Assembly (NCBI GenBank): GCA_030390025.1
Contig: CM059438.1
Coordinates: 61,010,001 to 61,074,000 of the forward strand
Length of the DNA: 64,000 nucleotides
Source of the DNA: Squalus acanthias
Lineage: Eukaryota
Reading direction: 5' to 3'
Part shown: one piece after another, positions 61,140 through 64,000 of the stretch
How the letters are laid out: each line of letters begins with the position of its first letter
Position numbering within the stretch: position 1 is the stretch's first letter
Notes under the pieces: model-generated
The model's input: only the letters and a program-made list of their open reading frames with translations
Databases searched by the model: none
Told to the model about the DNA's origin: nothing
Position numbers and translations under genes: made by a program

Positions 61140-61645
61140 GGGGGAAAAATTCGGTGGCGCCCCCCCTTTGGGGTGCTAACTTCGCCGGGCGCTACTTTTA
61201 GCGCCCCGAAAAAGCCAGTGCCCCTACACCATAAATTCAGTGGTAGCGCCCCAAGCAGGAGGCAGGGCGCTACTGGAAGCGCTCCCCCCTCCTTCCTGGG
61301 GGGCGCTACAAGGGAATATCGCGGCGCTACGTGCAACAGCGCCACGCACGTCAGCACGTAGCGCCGCGGTATTACAGGCCTCCCTCCCCTGATTAAAGGG
61401 GAGGGGCCTAGTGCTGCGCACACCGGGGAGCGGGAGTGCCGGGAAAGCAGCACGGCCGGCGCCCCGAATGAAAAAGGGAAAGGGGGCAGGTGTTGGCAGG
61501 CGGCCAAAAAAAATTGGCCGCCCGACACCTTCCCTTTAACTTGCGCCGCCGCGGCTGCAGAAACGCCACCCTGACCCTGTCGGACATATCGTCCGAGGGG
61601 GGGGGGGCGCTGACGGGAGGCGCAAAGCAACCCAATTTTTCCCCC
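61140..61645. mobile_element. GC-rich PIF/Harbinger-like MITE (opposite orientation to the other two)
   Basis: TIR gggggaaaaatt / aatttttccccc, perfect TSD TAT (61137-61139, 61646-61648). Confidence 0.85.
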
Positions 61646-61980
61646 TATGATTCTATCCGACTGAAAGTGTTTGCTGGCATCCAGTGAACAGGGAAGTGCT
61701 CTGTGCTACTGCACGATCTTCAACCCCCCTCCCCTCCTTCTTCCTTGACACTGCATCAAAAGAAAACTAAATAAGTAAATTGCAATTGGAATATAATATT
61801 GTGTCCAAAACTAGGGTTTATGAATATAAGATAGTCACCAATAAATCCAATAGGGAATTCAGGAGCAACTTCTTTACCCAGAGAGTGCTGAGAATGTGGA
61901 ACTCGCTCCCACAGGGAGTGGTTGAGGTGAATAGCACAGATGCATTTAAGGGGAAGCTAGATAAGAACATGAGGGAGAAA

Positions 61981-62176
61981 TGATGTGGAGATGCCGGTGT
62001 TGGACTGGGGTGGACAAATGTGAGAAGTCACACAACACCAGGTTATAGTCCAACAGTTTTATTTGAAATCACAAGCTTTCGGAGCACTTCACCTGATGAA
62101 GGAGCAGCGCTCCGAAAGCTTGTGATTTCAAATAAAACTGTTGGACTATAACCTGGTGTTGTGTGACTTCTCACAT
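61981..62176. mobile_element. Miniature Penelope-like inverted-repeat insertion
   Basis: Perfect 68-bp arms 62018-62085 / 62109-62176; extension 61981-62017 homologous to 22691-22730; 14-bp TSD acatgagggagaaa (61967-61980, 62173-62186). Confidence 0.88.
62089..62125 (+). ncRNA. Minimal type-I hammerhead ribozyme motif
   Basis: TCAC-CTGATGA-A-GGAGC-AGC-GCTCC-GAAAG-CTT-GTGA; stem I TCAC/GTGA, palindromic AAGCTT stem III; AATAAA at 62131-62136. Confidence 0.75.
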
Positions 62177-62525
62177 GAGGGAGAAAGGAATAGAAGGATA
62201 CGCAGATAGTTAGATGAAGTAGGGTGGGAGGAGGCTCGTAAGGAGCATAAACCCCGGCCCGGACCAGCTGGGCCGAATGGCCTGATTTTGTGTAGATTCT
62301 CTGTAATGGTACACCGAGAGCTCCAGTCGAGGGATGCATCACCGGCGGGCGGCTTGGGTTTTCCCACTGCGAGAGGCAAAGCCACAGAAAGGCAGTGCCC
62401 GGCGCCAACAACTGCAACTTAGGGATGTGAGAAACAAGCCAACTCTGCAGCAGGAGGAGTTGCCAAGCCTTTCCAAAACACATTCTGTGAAAGTGTATGT
62501 GGGCCCAGTCTGTGTGCAGATACTG

Positions 62526-62662
62526 GGGGCTGACATTGGTCCTCAGTGAAACGGGCGACAGCGAATCAGCAGCCCGATTTTTACACCGCGCCCGATTGCA
62601 CGGGCTCCCGATTCTCTCTCGCCCGTTTTTGCGCTTTCGTTCGAAGACCCAGTTTCAGCCCC
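62526..62662. mobile_element. Short palindromic MITE
   Basis: Ends ggggctgacattggtc / gacccagtttcagcccc; arms aaacgggcga / tcgcccgttt. Confidence 0.65.
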
Positions 62663-63354
62663 GGTATGCCCCTCCTAACACCCCCCCTCCCCCAGGATTT
62701 GGATACATACTGTGTCTTGGAAAAGCTCTGCTAACAGTTAGGTGAATGCTTTCCTTTACAATACACTGCAACACGTTGACAGCAGGAATATTTCCACTCG
62801 GTGACTGTGTCCGTTTCCCTGTGAAAAGAGACCGACGGTTTTGTGGGGGGGCTGGGGGGAGGGGGGAGTTGGAGGTCTGGAGGAGGGGTTTCCAGAGAAA
62901 TCAGGCTGATTTGCAGGAATTTACTTCAATTCAAAAACAAACAAGGCAGCAGCTGGCATTAATGTGTTTTGCCAAGAATTCTCGCTCGGTCCAGGTTCGT
63001 TACACTGAAAGCATCCCTCCGCTCAGCAGTGTCCTTTCATCACACAACCTTCATGCCAAGGGGTACTGTGAGCTTCTTGGTTGCCAGGCAGCACTTGATT
63101 GTATTCAATAGCGCTGGGCTGACTTGTGAGTTTATGAGGGTCCAAGTGTGGCTTAATAAAGTGATCATCGGCCAGTCTTTCTCGCAGAGGTTCTGTGATT
63201 GTTTTTATCTCTCCAATTCCCTTCTCCTGAAAGCAATGGGAGTGAAACTGGCCAAAGCCAGTCGCGCGAAACAAACTTGCAGCAAATCAGCAGCTCACTT
63301 TACACCATGCCCGCTTTCCCTCTCCTTTGACTTCAATGGAACATGGATATAAAA

Positions 63355-63676
63355 ACCATTTCCTCTGGTGGGGGAATCCAAAACAAAGGCACATAGTCTT
63401 AACATTAGAGCGACGCCATTTAGGAGTGAATTCAGAAAGCACGTTTTCACACCAAGGGTAGTGGAAACCTGGAATTCTCTCCTCCAAAAGGCTGTGCACG
63501 CTGGGACAATTGAACTTTTCTAGACTTGAGTTTGATCGATTTTTGTTCGGTAATGGTAACAAGAGATATAGAGCAAAGGCGGATAAATGGGGTTGAGGTA
63601 CAGATCAGCCATGATCCGACTGAACAGTGGAACAGGCCCGAGGGGCTGAATGGCCTACTCCTGTTCCTATGTTCCT
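63355..63676 (+). mobile_element. CR1 LINE 3' end
   Basis: tttcctctggtgggggaatcc...gctgaatggcctactcctgttcctatgttcct. Confidence 0.85.
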
Positions 63677-63677
63677 A

Positions 63678-64000
63678 AGCCAGAAGATTTTGGGTTCAAA
63701 CCTCACTTCAAGACTTTGGCACATAATCTAGGCCGACACTCCAGTGCAGTACTGAGGGAGTGCTGCACTGTCGGAGGTGCCGTCTTTTGGGTAATCTGTT
63801 CAACTGAGATCGCGTCTGGATGTAAAAGATCCCACGGTCCTATTCGAAGACAAGCAGGGGGATTCTCCCCGATGTCCTGGGCCAATATTAATCACTCAAC
63901 CAACATTACTAAAAACAGACCATGTGGTCATTTTAACATTGCTGTTTGTGGGAGCTTGCTGTGTGCAAATTGGCTGCTGCGTTTCCTACATTACAACAGT
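63678..64000 (+). mobile_element. DeuSINE, running off the window end
   Basis: B-box gggttcaaacc, core gtgcagtactgagggagtgctgcactgtcggagg. Confidence 0.82.

Larger units (their letters stand above)
61815..62306 (+). mobile_element. CR1 LINE 3' end interrupted by a Penelope-like insert
   Basis: FFTQRVLRMWNSLP...FKGKLDKNMREK|insert|GIEGYAD. Confidence 0.85.

Overview
Vertebrate genomic DNA, most likely a cartilaginous fish (shark), inferred from HE1-like V-SINE, HER1/CR1 LINEs and SacSINE1-like DeuSINEs. One host gene is recognisable: a complete five-exon CCN1/CYR61-type gene on the minus strand (CDS 13258-13211, 6524-6311, 5186-4821, 2921-2719, 1222-920; 377 aa; signal peptide-IGFBP-VWC-TSP1-CT; all 38 canonical Cys), with a TATA box at ~13720. 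It may be a CCN1-like paralogue rather than the orthologue. In the ~50 kb upstream I recognised no host exons; it is a mosaic of CR1 LINEs (one with an uninterrupted endonuclease+RT frame, one decayed near-full-length copy with an esterase ORF1), L2 fragments, several SINE families, GC-rich MITEs and seven minisatellite families. The most striking non-coding signal is two target-site-duplicated, inverted-repeat Penelope-like insertions (22014-22730, 61981-62176) carrying minimal type-I hammerhead ribozyme motifs with compensatory stem changes between the copies, plus a decayed second family of the same kind (~47811-48050). Repeat family names come from my recall of consensus motifs, not from database searches; repeat boundaries are approximate unless a TSD is quoted.
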